DNA of 64,000 nt. It comes from Myxococcota bacterium (GTDB taxonomy: Bacteria > Myxococcota_A > Polyangia > Nannocystales > Nannocystaceae). Where the stretch lies: NCBI GenBank assembly GCA_039028615.1, contig JBCCHT010000009.1, positions 96,001 through 160,000 on the forward strand. Reading direction: 5' to 3'. This document shows positions 8,910 to 18,233 of the stretch, one piece after another. The first letter of the stretch is position 1. Every line of letters starts with the position of its first letter. The notes beneath the pieces were generated by a model. That model was given only the letters and a program-made list of their open reading frames with translations. It ran no database searches and was not told the origin of the DNA. The translations under genes were made by a program, and so were the position numbers.

Positions 8910-10001
8910 CTAGTCGACGGTACGCAGCAGGCTGCTGCGCTTGGGGCCGGTGGCGCTGCGCTTGCTCGTGCCCAGGGCGGCCGCGGCCGCGAGGTCGAAG
9001 AACGCCTGCGCGTGCGGGGAGTCGGGGTTGCTCTCGACGACGGGGACGCCGGCTTCACCACCGAACGCAATGGCCGGCTCGATGGGGATCTGGGCGAGCA
9101 GCTCGGTGTCGATTTCCTTGGCCAAGCGTTCGCCTCCGCCCGCGCCGAAGATCTCGTCGTGGTGACCACACGCCGGGCAGCGGTAGTAGCTCATGTTTTC
9201 CGTCACGCCGAGCACGGGCACCTCGAGCTTGCCGAACATGTTCACCGCCTTGCGCACGTCGATGAGCGCGACCTCTTGCGGGGTGGTGACGATGACGGAT
9301 CCGTTGATGGGGATGAGCTGCGCCAGCGACAGCTGGGCGTCACCGGTGCCGGGCGGTAGATCGACGATGAGGTAGTCGAGCTCGCCCCACTGCACGTCCT
9401 CGAGGAACTGGGTGAGCAGCTTGTGGATCATGGGCCCGCGCCAGATGACGGCGGACCCGGGCTCCACGAAGTAGTCGACGCTCATGACGGCCAGGCCGCG
9501 GTACAGCGCGGGGGCGATGCCCTTGCCCTCGGGCGCGGTGCCGGCCTCGCGATCGGCCTTGCCGAGCATCTTGGGCACGCTGGGGCCGTAGATGTCGGCG
9601 TCGAGGATGCCGACCGAAGCCCCGAGCTTCTGTAGGGCCAGCGCGACGTTGACGCTGACCGTGCTCTTGCCCACGCCGCCCTTGCCGGCCGCGATGGCGA
9701 TGACGTTCTTGACGGTGGGGAGCCGGTTGAGGTCCTGGCGTGCGGGCTTTTTGGGCACGGCCAGGCCCCAGTCGAACTCGACGCCGGGCAGCGACAGCGA
9801 CTCGAGCGCTTGCCGCACGTCCTTCTCCAGCGTGTCGCGCAGCGGATAGCCCGGAGAGATGAGGTTGATGCTCAGCGTGGCCGCGCCGTCGTCGGCGACG
9901 CTCACCGAAGTGAGCTGACCGGAGGCCACGATGCCGTGACCGGTGGCAGGGTCCTTGACCGAACCCAGTGCGCTACGGATGGTTGCTTCGGTCGTGGACA
10001 T
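8910..10001 (-). CDS. mrp: Mrp/NBP35 family Fe-S cluster carrier ATPase (ApbC)
   Basis: N-terminal DUF59-like domain, AGKGGVGKST, DADIYGPS, WRGPM, DLPPGTGD and ENMS...CPAC. Confidence 0.95.
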   Translation of the reverse strand: MSTTEATIRSALGSVKDPATGHGIVASGQLTSVSVADDGAATLSINLISPGYPLRDTLEKDVRQALESLSLPGVEFDWGLAVPKKPARQDLNRLPTVKNVIAIAAGKGGVGKSTVSVNVALALQKLGASVGILDADIYGPSVPKMLGKADREAGTAPEGKGIAPALYRGLAVMSVDYFVEPGSAVIWRGPMIHKLLTQFLEDVQWGELDYLIVDLPPGTGDAQLSLAQLIPINGSVIVTTPQEVALIDVRKAVNMFGKLEVPVLGVTENMSYYRCPACGHHDEIFGAGGGERLAKEIDTELLAQIPIEPAIAFGGEAGVPVVESNPDSPHAQAFFDLAAAAALGTSKRSATGPKRSSLLRTVD

Positions 10002-10143
10002 GAGCGCTGGCGCATGTAGCACTGGCCGCGACGACAAGCTACCCTTCCGTCACCCTTTGCCGCCCTTCGCGCAGGTCCAATGTGGCGCGTGCCGTTCGCG
10101 TGCCACCCAGCCTGTCGCCGAGCGCGGACCCAGTACCAGGATC

Positions 10144-10680
10144 ATGGCCGTTCTCGACATCGTCACCTATCCCGATCCCCGCCTTCGCGAGGCCACCTTT
10201 GATGTGAAAGAGGTCGACGACAGCGTGCGCGCGCTGGTGAAGGACATGACCGACACGATGTACGCGCACAACGGCGCAGGCATCGCGGCGATTCAGGTCG
10301 GCCGCTTCGAGCGGATTTTCCTCATCGATGGCCGCGTGGCCACCGGGCAAGAGGACGCCGACCCGGTGGTGTTCATCAACCCGCAAGTGGTGGAGTCCGG
10401 CAAGGGCGAGATCGTCGAAGAAGAAGGCTGCCTCAGCTTCCCTGGTGTGTTCGTCTCCGTGAAGCGTCCGCGCTGGGCCAAGGTCCGCGCGATGAACATG
10501 GACGGCGACACCTTCGAGTGCGAGGGCGAGGGCCTGCTCGGCCGGGCGCTCCAGCACGAGCGTGATCATCTCAATGGCAAGCTCATGTACGACCTCGTCG
10601 GCATGGTCAAAAAAGAGATGATCAAGCGCAAGATGAAGCGCTACCACAACGACCAGGGCCGCGAAGCGGCCAGCCAGTAA
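10144..10680 (+). CDS. def: Peptide deformylase
   Basis: GAGIAAIQ, EGCLS and QHERDHLNG motifs. Confidence 0.95.
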   Translation: MAVLDIVTYPDPRLREATFDVKEVDDSVRALVKDMTDTMYAHNGAGIAAIQVGRFERIFLIDGRVATGQEDADPVVFINPQVVESGKGEIVEEEGCLSFPGVFVSVKRPRWAKVRAMNMDGDTFECEGEGLLGRALQHERDHLNGKLMYDLVGMVKKEMIKRKMKRYHNDQGREAASQ

Positions 10681-10775
10681 CGGGTAGTCCGTGCCGGATG
10701 ACTGCTCGTAGGCCCGTGCCGAGAGCCCGTCGTTCGCGAACCCCGAGGCGCAGGCGTGGCGTCGTGCGAGCGCCC

Positions 10776-13700
10776 ATGACTCGGCTCGGGCTCGTGGTCG
10801 CGATGGTGTCGTTCGTGATCGTCGGCGCGTGGTCGCGGCTCGTGCACGCGCACGAGCTGGGGATCGCGGTCCTGTCGACGACCGTGCCGTCCCGGTTCTG
10901 TCCCGGCGAGCGACGAGGCGTGCCCCTCACGGTGCGCAACGTCGGGCAAGAGGCCTGGGACCCGGCCAAGGGCGATCGCCTCGCGTACCACTGGCTCGAC
11001 CCGTCCGGGGAGATGGTGGAGCGCGATGGTCATCGGACGCTGCTGCCTGGTCCCATCGAGCCCGCCGCTGCGTTCGAGACCCTGGCGCATGTCGAGGCGC
11101 CCGCCGAGCCCGGGCGCTACCGGCTGCAGTGGGCGCTGGTGCGCGAGCAGGTGGACTGGGTGCACACGGGCGATCCGGGGGTGGAGACCGAGGTCGGCGG
11201 CTCCGGGCCCCCGCTGTCGTGGCGCATGGTCGCAGGCGGGCAGCCCGAGCCCATGCGCGTGGGCGAGACGGGCACGGCCTCCCTGACCGTGCGTAACGAC
11301 GGGTGTTCGTCGTGGGCGGCCGAGCAGGGCGACCACATGGCCTACCACTGGTACGACGCCGACGGGCGGGTGGTGGAGCCCGAGGGGCTACGCAGTCCCA
11401 TGCCCGCGCTCGGACCCGGCGAAGAGGCCACCTTCGACGCGAAGGTGCTGCCGCCCTTGGAGCCCGGGGACTACGTTTTGCAGTGGCACCCGGTGCGGGA
11501 AGGCCAGGCGTGGTTTCCCGAGCAGGAGGCCATGGCCGCGGTCTCGGTCGGCGACTCGGCCTGGGCGTGGTCGATGCACATGCTCGAGCCCTTCGACTCG
11601 ATCGCGGCCGGGGAGGTCGCCGACTTCGAGGTTTGGCTCCGCCACGACGGGCTCGACGACTGGTCGACCGCTCAGGGGGATGCGTTCTCGTACCGCTGGC
11701 TCGACGCCGACGGGGCGGTCGTGGCCGAAGGGGCGCGGGTCTCGTTGCCGTCGCCGTGGCTGCCCGGGGATGCGGCGCTCGTCACCGCCAAGGTCGTCGC
11801 GCCCGCGAAGCCGGGCCAGTACACGCTCGCGTGGGAGCCCGTGCGGGAAAACGTGCGGTGGTTCGGCGCGGCCTCGACGATCGGCGATCGACTCGCGGTG
11901 GAGGTCACCACGCCTCGCCTGGGCTGGGCCGTGGAGCAGATCGAGGTCCCCAGCCGGGCCTGGGTCGCGCGACAGGACACGGTACCCGTGGTGCTGCGCA
12001 ACACCGGGGCCGAGGCCTGGGATCCCGCGCGCGGCGATGGGCTCTCGTATCGCTGGTACGACGCCGACGGAGAGACGCTCCTGAGCGATGGCATGCGAAC
12101 CGTCTTGCCCGGCGTGGTGGAGCCGGGGGAGACCGTCGCGCTCGATGCCCGGGTCCGCGGCCCCCTCGAGCCGGGGCAGTTCGTGCTGGGCCTGGAGATG
12201 GTGCGCGAGCACGTCCGCTGGTACGGGGCACCCACCGCGGGGCAGGGTCGGATGGAGGTCCGGGTCGAGCGATGGTCGAGCTACCTGGTGACGCTGCTCG
12301 GCGCAGCGGGCATCGTCTTGGTGGTGGCCTTGCGTCGCCGCCCCGCGCCTGGCCCCGCGTGGTGGGTCGCGTGGCGAGTCGGTCCCGCGCTGTGGTGCGG
12401 GCTGGCCATGGCGGTGGTGGTGCACTGCTTCGTCGACCTCAGCGGCGCGGAGCCCTGGGAGGGTCGGCAGTGGGTGGTGATCGGCCCCGGCTTCGGCCTG
12501 GCCCTGGCGGTGCTGCCCTGGTCGCCGCGCATCCAGGCGTGGGCGGGCGCGGTGGTGCTGGGGCTGTGCACCTTCATCGCCCTGGCCGATCTGGCGTACC
12601 TGCACTTTTTCGGCAGCATCGTGCCGATCTCGGCGGTCTGGGCGGTGCACCACCTGTCGGACGCCGAGGCCACCGTGTCCTCGCTGCTGCAGCCCTCCCA
12701 CGGGTGGCTGGTGACCGTGCCCATCCTGGCGATCGGGCTGGCCATCGCTTGGCCGGGGCGCCTCACCGACGCCCGCCCGCCCGCTCGCCGTCGCCGAATC
12801 TTGGTGGCGATCGGGCTCGGCGTGCTGCTGGGGGCCATGCCCATGGTGCGCACCTTTCAGAAGGTGTTCTCCACCAGCCTGGGTCGCCGCGTCTTCAACG
12901 AGGAGGACAACGTGGGTCGCCTGGGCGTGGTGGGGGCCCACCTGTTCCAGGTGATTCGAGAGCTTCGCGACCTGCTGGGCCCCGACGAGCTGACCGGCGA
13001 GCGGGCGGAGGTCATGGCCCGCGAGCTCGCCGAGCGTCGCGAGGCCCGGGCGCAGGCCAAGCCCCAGACCCCGGGCTTCGGGGCGGCCGAGGGCTACGAC
13101 GTGGTGCTGATCCAGGTCGAAGCGCTCCAGCAGTGGGTCATCGGCGCGAGCGTGCAAGGCCAGGAAGTCACGCCCTTCCTCAATGCGGCCACCCACAATG
13201 CGCTCTACTTCGACCAGGTCTTCGATCAGACCGCGCAGGGGCGGACCTCCGACGCCGAGTACCTGGTGCTCGGAGCCGGCCACCCCCCGGCTCGGGGCGC
13301 GCTGGCGTTTCAGTACCAGGACAACGACTTCTATACGGTCGCCCACGTCCTCGCCGACCGCGGCTACACCACGTTCTCGGCCCATCCCTACAAGCGCGGC
13401 TTCTGGAACCGAGCGCGGATCCACCCCCGCTATGGCTTCGGAAGCTCGCGCTTTCGTCGAGAGTTCGGCCCGGGCCCGATGGTGGGGTGGGGGCTGAGCG
13501 ATGAGGCGTTCTTGGAGCGAATGACGCCCGACATCGTCGGCGCGCCACGGCCCTCGCTCACCTTCATGATCACGCTCAGCCTGCATCATCCCTACGATTC
13601 GTTCCCGTCCGCGTTCAAGCGCTTGGATCTGGGCGGGCTCGAGGGGCACTGGGTGGGCAACTACCTCCATGCCATGCATCACTTCGACGTGGCGTTCGAG

Positions 13701-14240
13701 ACCTTGATGACCACGCTCGAAGAAGAAGGTCGGCTCGAGCACACGCTGGTGGTCCTGTATGGCGATCACGTCACCGGGATGGAAGAGCCGCCCGAGGTGC
13801 TGGCGTTCGCGGGACGTGAGACCTGGGACCCGGGGGCCCACGTTGCGTTGCATCGGGTGCCCGTGTTCTTCTGGGTCGGCGACTCACCGCCCGAAGAGCT
13901 TCGTGGTCAACGCAACCGCGTCGGGGGGCACGTCGACATCGGACCGACGACGCTGCACCTGCTGGGCATCGACGATCCTCGACCGGCCGCATTGGGGCGA
14001 CCTTTGCTCGAGCCGGGGCCGGGCTTCGCCGTGCTGTCCTCGGGTGGGGCCGTCGATGCCGAGCTCGCGCTGGCCATGGCGGGCGAGGGCATCCCTCGCG
14101 AGGGCACGTGCTTCGAGCGGCACGGAGGCCGGAGTGTCGCGCTCGAACGCTGCGCGTCGCTCGCCGCGCGGGCCGAAGTCGAGCTCGAAATCGCCCGGGA
14201 ACTACTCACGCACGACGTGCACCGCGCGCCGCCCGAGTGA
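10776..14240 (+). CDS. LtaS-family (sulfatase-like) membrane enzyme with four N-terminal Ig-like repeats
   Basis: Four repeats of W...GD.LAYHW.D..G....G.R..LP, then a TM region and a catalytic domain with IQVEA, QGRTSDAEY, FWNR, ITLSLHHPY and YGDH. Confidence 0.85.
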   Translation: MTRLGLVVAMVSFVIVGAWSRLVHAHELGIAVLSTTVPSRFCPGERRGVPLTVRNVGQEAWDPAKGDRLAYHWLDPSGEMVERDGHRTLLPGPIEPAAAFETLAHVEAPAEPGRYRLQWALVREQVDWVHTGDPGVETEVGGSGPPLSWRMVAGGQPEPMRVGETGTASLTVRNDGCSSWAAEQGDHMAYHWYDADGRVVEPEGLRSPMPALGPGEEATFDAKVLPPLEPGDYVLQWHPVREGQAWFPEQEAMAAVSVGDSAWAWSMHMLEPFDSIAAGEVADFEVWLRHDGLDDWSTAQGDAFSYRWLDADGAVVAEGARVSLPSPWLPGDAALVTAKVVAPAKPGQYTLAWEPVRENVRWFGAASTIGDRLAVEVTTPRLGWAVEQIEVPSRAWVARQDTVPVVLRNTGAEAWDPARGDGLSYRWYDADGETLLSDGMRTVLPGVVEPGETVALDARVRGPLEPGQFVLGLEMVREHVRWYGAPTAGQGRMEVRVERWSSYLVTLLGAAGIVLVVALRRRPAPGPAWWVAWRVGPALWCGLAMAVVVHCFVDLSGAEPWEGRQWVVIGPGFGLALAVLPWSPRIQAWAGAVVLGLCTFIALADLAYLHFFGSIVPISAVWAVHHLSDAEATVSSLLQPSHGWLVTVPILAIGLAIAWPGRLTDARPPARRRRILVAIGLGVLLGAMPMVRTFQKVFSTSLGRRVFNEEDNVGRLGVVGAHLFQVIRELRDLLGPDELTGERAEVMARELAERREARAQAKPQTPGFGAAEGYDVVLIQVEALQQWVIGASVQGQEVTPFLNAATHNALYFDQVFDQTAQGRTSDAEYLVLGAGHPPARGALAFQYQDNDFYTVAHVLADRGYTTFSAHPYKRGFWNRARIHPRYGFGSSRFRREFGPGPMVGWGLSDEAFLERMTPDIVGAPRPSLTFMITLSLHHPYDSFPSAFKRLDLGGLEGHWVGNYLHAMHHFDVAFETLMTTLEEEGRLEHTLVVLYGDHVTGMEEPPEVLAFAGRETWDPGAHVALHRVPVFFWVGDSPPEELRGQRNRVGGHVDIGPTTLHLLGIDDPRPAALGRPLLEPGPGFAVLSSGGAVDAELALAMAGEGIPREGTCFERHGGRSVALERCASLAARAEVELEIARELLTHDVHRAPPE

Positions 14241-14504
14241 CGGTTTCGCGCCGTTTTTGATCTGCGCGCCCGATCCATGGCGAGATCTGCCGGGCGACTC
14301 CCCGGTTCGCGGGAGAACGGTACTCGAAAGCACAAAAGCGGCGCCGATTCTGGCCTGAGATGGGCGGAATCGAGCATTGATGGCTAGTGGTTATGCTACC
14401 AGTGGCTACAAGTATAGCCATATAGGTTTTGGGCATACAATGTAGGCATGTGTAGACACACGTAGTTTCTCCAATGATTCCTACATGTAGGTCAATGGTG
14501 GGCC

Positions 14505-14519
14505 TGGCACACACATTGC
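14505..14519 (+). promoter_or_regulatory. Sigma-54 (-24/-12) promoter
   Basis: TGGCAC-ACACA-TTGC matches TGGCAC-N5-TTGC. It lies about 95 bp upstream of the 14615 start, downstream of an AT-rich tract. Confidence 0.75.
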
Positions 14520-14614
14520 GTAGGGGGGGAGCGCGAGGCCAGTGGCCACCCGCAACCGCAACCGTCACCCACGACGCCCGTCCTAACCGCCCAAGAGCTT
14601 CTCGAGGAATCAAG

Positions 14615-16768
14615 ATGATGAAAGCCAACAAGATCGCCTGGCTGACCGCTTTGACCATTCTGGCTGGCTGCGCCGATGCAGGGACGGACAACGAGCCCGG
14701 CGACGAGCTGAGCCCGGACTTCCGTGACGGCTCGTACCACTACGTGTTCGGGTACGACCCCGAGACCGGCGAGCAGATTCGCGGCGGCGCGCACATGGTC
14801 CTGACCTTCGACGAAGAGGGCAAGACCGAGGCCATCGACTCCGCCAACCGCACCTCGCGATTCCACCCCTCGCTGACCACGGGCAGCGAGTACGCCCGCT
14901 TCGACGCGAGCCTCACCGAGGGCGAGACCGACTGGGACGTGTTCGCCTCCACCTGGTGGCCGCAGTCCAAGAACGGCACCGCTTGGCGCTGGCAGCCCGG
15001 CGCCAACCAGGACTACGCCGACCTCAGCGACGTCGACACCCTCTCCCCCATGGAGAAGTACGACCTGCTGTTCTACCCGGGCCAGGGCGATACGGTCCCC
15101 GCGACCGAGAACTGCACCTACGCCGACTACGCCGAGGACCGCGACAACTGCGAGAAGACCTCGCACCCCGAGCTGACCGTGGCCGGCCCCGCTACCAAGT
15201 GGGAGATCGAGAACCAGGGCCAGTACCAGTGGGTGCAGCCCGAGAACTGGTGGGGCCACTGCAACGGCTGGGCCTCCTACGCCACCGCCGAGCCCATGGG
15301 CTACCCGCACCGCGACGTCCGCGTGAAGCTGGTCGACGACAAGGTCACCGAGTGCGTCGAGGGTGATGACGACGCCAGCTGCGTGCTGTGGAAGATGGCC
15401 GACGTCGAGGGCCTGTTCACCGAGCTTCACTTCAGCGACCAGGCCACCTTCACCGGCCGACGCTGCCGCACCGCCGCCGACGAGATCGAGCGCGACGAGT
15501 TCGGTCGTCCCACCGACGTGTCCTGCCGCGACCTCAACCCCGGCTCCTTCCACATCGCCATCACCGGCCTGCTGGGCCGTGGCACCCGCAACCTGACCAC
15601 CAACGAGGACGGCCGCCCGCCCTTCGTGGTCGACCACACCGCGGACTACGAGGTCTGGAACTTCCCCGTGACCGCGTTCACGGCGGACTACGAGACCGTC
15701 ACCGCCGAGCAGGCCAACGAGCTCATCGGGGCCAACGGCTCCGACTACGTCTTCAACGACGACGCCGTGTCCTTCCAGCGGGTCGCCCTGACCTACACCA
15801 TGATCTCGGACGCCGTGCCCGAGAACGAGCTGCTCAAGCGCGCCGACACCCGCAACGTCGACCCGCACCTGGTCGAGCTCAACTACGTGCTCGAGCTGGA
15901 CGAGGGCGGCCGCATCATCGGCGGCGAGTGGATCAAGGATCCCGTCACCACCGGTCCCAACAACCAAGAGCTGCACCCGGACTTCGCCTGGATGGCCGTG
16001 GGCGCCATTGGCTACGGCGAGGGGTCGGATGACACCGGCGGCGACAACGACAACCCCTACATCGCGCTGTCCAAGGCTCGCGCCCTGCTCCAGTGCGCCA
16101 ACGAGCCCGAGTCCTGCGCCCCCGAGGGCCGCGACGGCGAGCTCGAGCCCCTGCTCGACGTGACCGAGATGGTCGCCGAGGACGAGACCCGCACCTACGC
16201 CACCGAGGAGCTTCCCGCGGGCGAGTTCACCGTGACCCTGGCCCACACCGAGGCCAATCCCGGCGGCGACGCGGACCTCTACGTCCGGGTGGGCGAAGGC
16301 CCGACCATGGAGGAGTACGACTGCCGCCCCTGGGAGACCGGCAGCGACGAGGTGTGCGTGGTCAACCTGACCGAGGCCAGCCGCATCGACATCATGGTCC
16401 ACGGCTACCCGGGCGAGGGCGACAGCCACTTCCGCCTGACCGTGACCGGTGACGTCGGCGAGCCCGAGCCCGAGGTCTGGGGCGGCCTGAACGAGAGCGG
16501 CACCGTGGTCGCGGGCGAGGAAGTTCGCTTCACCACGCCCAGCCTGCCCGTCGGGAGCTATCTGTTCGACATGAAGGGTGACGAGGACGCAGACCTCTAC
16601 GTCGCGGTGGGCAGCGAGCCGACCACTTCGGTCTACGAGTGCCGCCCCTACCTCAACGGCTCCGAAGAGCAGTGCACCGTCACGCTGAGCGAGCCCGCCG
16701 AGATTCACGTCATGGTCCGCGGCTACGCCGACCGCTCCAACTGGCAGCTCACTGGCGCCGCCCAGTAG
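14615..16768 (+). CDS. Secreted lipoprotein with a transglutaminase-elicitor (GP42)-like domain and two C-terminal PPC domains
   Basis: Lipobox ILAGC; motifs PMEKYD, WWGHCNGW, DLNPGSFH, VVD..A..EVWNFPV, YVLELD..G.IIGGEW and HPDF.W; two GDADLYV..G..PT...YDCRP...GS.E.C repeats. GAGGA RBS. Confidence 0.8.
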   Translation: MMKANKIAWLTALTILAGCADAGTDNEPGDELSPDFRDGSYHYVFGYDPETGEQIRGGAHMVLTFDEEGKTEAIDSANRTSRFHPSLTTGSEYARFDASLTEGETDWDVFASTWWPQSKNGTAWRWQPGANQDYADLSDVDTLSPMEKYDLLFYPGQGDTVPATENCTYADYAEDRDNCEKTSHPELTVAGPATKWEIENQGQYQWVQPENWWGHCNGWASYATAEPMGYPHRDVRVKLVDDKVTECVEGDDDASCVLWKMADVEGLFTELHFSDQATFTGRRCRTAADEIERDEFGRPTDVSCRDLNPGSFHIAITGLLGRGTRNLTTNEDGRPPFVVDHTADYEVWNFPVTAFTADYETVTAEQANELIGANGSDYVFNDDAVSFQRVALTYTMISDAVPENELLKRADTRNVDPHLVELNYVLELDEGGRIIGGEWIKDPVTTGPNNQELHPDFAWMAVGAIGYGEGSDDTGGDNDNPYIALSKARALLQCANEPESCAPEGRDGELEPLLDVTEMVAEDETRTYATEELPAGEFTVTLAHTEANPGGDADLYVRVGEGPTMEEYDCRPWETGSDEVCVVNLTEASRIDIMVHGYPGEGDSHFRLTVTGDVGEPEPEVWGGLNESGTVVAGEEVRFTTPSLPVGSYLFDMKGDEDADLYVAVGSEPTTSVYECRPYLNGSEEQCTVTLSEPAEIHVMVRGYADRSNWQLTGAAQ

Positions 16769-16803
16769 TGCCGACGGGGAAGAGGTTTCGGGGATGAAAA
16801 AAC

Positions 16804-17024
16804 GGCGCGCCTAGGTGCGCCACGGAGGAGGAGCGGGGGCTCTTCCTCCACTCGAGGGGAGCTTGGGGAAGCTCCCCTCACTTTTTCGGTTGGTCACCAA
16901 CCACGCAGAAGGGGCAGCCGCGTCGTCGCGGGCTGCCCCTTTCGTTCGTCCCACGCAAAGAGGGGAGCCGCGTCGTCGCGAGCTCCCCTCCGTCGTCGAG
17001 TCCGGGCCCAGCGTGCGCTGGGCC
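16804..17024. repeat. Cluster of about 7 GC-rich hairpins, including two ~40-bp imperfect direct repeats and a probable terminator at 16854-16886
   Basis: GAGGGGAGCTT-GGGG-AAGCTCCCCTC plus ACTTTTT. CCACGCA..AGGGG..GCCGCGTCGTCGCG..CT.CCCT occurs at 16901 and 16951. Confidence 0.7.
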
Positions 17025-17040
17025 GAACCGGTCGTGGCTT

Positions 17041-17376
17041 CTAGCCGAGCGCCTTGGACACGAACGCCTTGACCTTGGCCGACGAGCCCGGGTTGCCGAT
17101 CATCTTGTCGGCGACCTGGCCATCCTTGAACAGGATGAGGGTCGGCACCGAGCGCACGCCGAGCTTCGACGGCGTCTGCGGGTTGTTGTCGATGTCCATC
17201 TTCACGACCTTGAGCTTGCCCGCGAACTCGTGGGCCACGGTCTCGACGTGGGGCGCCAGGGCGCGGCACGGCCCGCACCAGGTGGCCCAGAAATCTACGA
17301 GTACGGGAACCTGCGACTGGAGTACTTCGCTGTCGAAGCCGTCGTCGGTCGTGTCCGAGATGATGTCGCTCGCCAT
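17041..17376 (-). CDS. trxA: Thioredoxin
   Basis: VLVDFWATWCGPC and VRSVPTL.LFK.G. Confidence 0.95.
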   Translation of the reverse strand: MASDIISDTTDDGFDSEVLQSQVPVLVDFWATWCGPCRALAPHVETVAHEFAGKLKVVKMDIDNNPQTPSKLGVRSVPTLILFKDGQVADKMIGNPGSSAKVKAFVSKALG

Positions 17377-17490
17377 TTCGCGAAGGGTAACGCACGGACC
17401 GAGCCCGTGCGGTGCGCAAAGGCTTGCGCTAGCGCACTTGCGACGCTAGCGCGAACCGAGCGGAAGCGGGCGTGGTTGGCCCTTTGGGCC

Positions 17491-18180
17491 TCAGGCGGCG
17501 CGACTGCCGAGCCAGCCCGGCCGATCTCCGAGGCTCGCCTGAGGTTTTTTGATCATGCCGATGAAGCGCTCGACGATGTCGTCGACGGTGGAGCCCTGCA
17601 CACTCGGACGTTCGAGTAGGGCGTTGTGCCACGCCTGCACCTTGGGCAGGCCGTCGAAGGGGTCGAGGCTGGCTTCGATGTCGGTGGACCAGCGGGCGCG
17701 CTGCATGAAGGGCGCGACGGCCGAGTCGACGAGGGAAAACTCGGATCCGTTGAAGTAGGGCCCCTTGCCCAGCTGACCTTCGATGCGCTCGAGCTTGGCG
17801 CGCTGGTCGGCGAGGAACTTGCGGGTCTGCTCTTCGGTCTCGGCCATGCTCATGCGGTACTGATCGAAGAGCAGCGACGAGCCGAACTCGATCCACGCCC
17901 GGTTGTGGGCGCGGCGCAGCGGATCTGCGGGGTGGAGGCGAGGCCCGGGCGTGGTCTCGTCGAGGTACTCGTTGATCACCGCCGACTCGAAGAGCACCAC
18001 GTCATCGTCGACCACCAGTACCGGCACCTTGCCGAAGGGGGAGATGTCGAGGAACCACTGCGGCTTGTTGGACAGGTCGATGTACTCGATGTCGTACTCG
18101 ACGCCCTTTTCCAGCAAGGTGATGATGGAGCGCTGTACGAAGGGGCACAGCTTGAACGAGACCAGCTTGTAGTGCGGCAT
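17491..18180 (-). CDS. Glutathione S-transferase family protein
   Basis: LCPFVQR, KPQWFL.ISPFGKVPVL, LFESAVINEYLDE and FSLVD.A.AP. Confidence 0.9.
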   Translation of the reverse strand: MPHYKLVSFKLCPFVQRSIITLLEKGVEYDIEYIDLSNKPQWFLDISPFGKVPVLVVDDDVVLFESAVINEYLDETTPGPRLHPADPLRRAHNRAWIEFGSSLLFDQYRMSMAETEEQTRKFLADQRAKLERIEGQLGKGPYFNGSEFSLVDSAVAPFMQRARWSTDIEASLDPFDGLPKVQAWHNALLERPSVQGSTVDDIVERFIGMIKKPQASLGDRPGWLGSRAA

Positions 18181-18233
18181 GGTGGACGGAAGCTCCTGCG
18201 GATGCAGGGCAATCGCCACGCGCGACGCCTCGG

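Noticed and set aside
11388..13853. Long antisense or alternate-frame ORFs (also 14492-16708, 36659-38893, 40442-42460, 45471-47606, 56268-57779)
   Set aside because: Shadow ORFs typical of high-GC DNA. They overlap well-supported genes and carry no motifs.
16901..16990. Two palindromic direct repeats as a mini CRISPR array
   Set aside because: Only two imperfect copies about 10 bp apart, and no cas genes in the window.
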